This document shows, in pieces, positions 63,898 to 64,000 of a DNA stretch of 64,000 nucleotides (position 1 is its first letter; every line of letters starts with the position of its first letter). The position numbers and the translations under genes are program-made. The stretch comes from Saccostrea cucullata (Eukaryota). The notes under the pieces were generated by a model. That model was not told the DNA's origin and did not search any database. It worked only from the letters and a program-made list of their open reading frames with translations. Location of the stretch: contig NW_026923439.1 of assembly GCF_032062105.1 (NCBI RefSeq), positions 62,001 to 126,000 of the forward strand, written 5' to 3'.

Positions 63898-64000
63898 GTA
63901 GAATTTACTGCAGCAAGTCTCTCCTACCTCATATTTCAGACCATGTCTATAATGATGGACCAATATACAACTAATTTACTGAAGATCATTGTGTAGCCTT

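Overview
Eukaryotic, AT-rich, intron-rich DNA, probably from a bivalve mollusc (oyster-like, inferred from the Helentron/HINE-type repeats). Two conserved genes lie head-to-head. On the minus strand is a PLEKHH1/2 (max-1) orthologue (coiled coil, two PH domains, MyTH4; 19 coding exons traced, running off the left edge). On the plus strand is a THADA orthologue (24 coding exons traced, running off the right edge). The main discovery lies between them: one 17,788-bp element (32883-50670) bounded by 40-bp TGT...ACA terminal inverted repeats (38/40 identical) and a 4-bp GCGG target-site duplication, which is a Ginger-like signature. It has no recognisable transposase of its own. It carries a 190-bp satellite whose units each contain the TIR core motif, two LINEs, a dead Tc1 transposase and a minisatellite. 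Removing it rebuilds a YY1-type CAAGATGGCGGC motif in what was apparently a compact bidirectional promoter. Other notable items: tandem arrays seeded from exon ends plus their splice donors, a LINE whose ORF1 and ORF2 are joined by one in-frame TAG, and a candidate alternative N-terminal exon (MFCC...). All calls come from reading the sequence by eye; no database searches were run.
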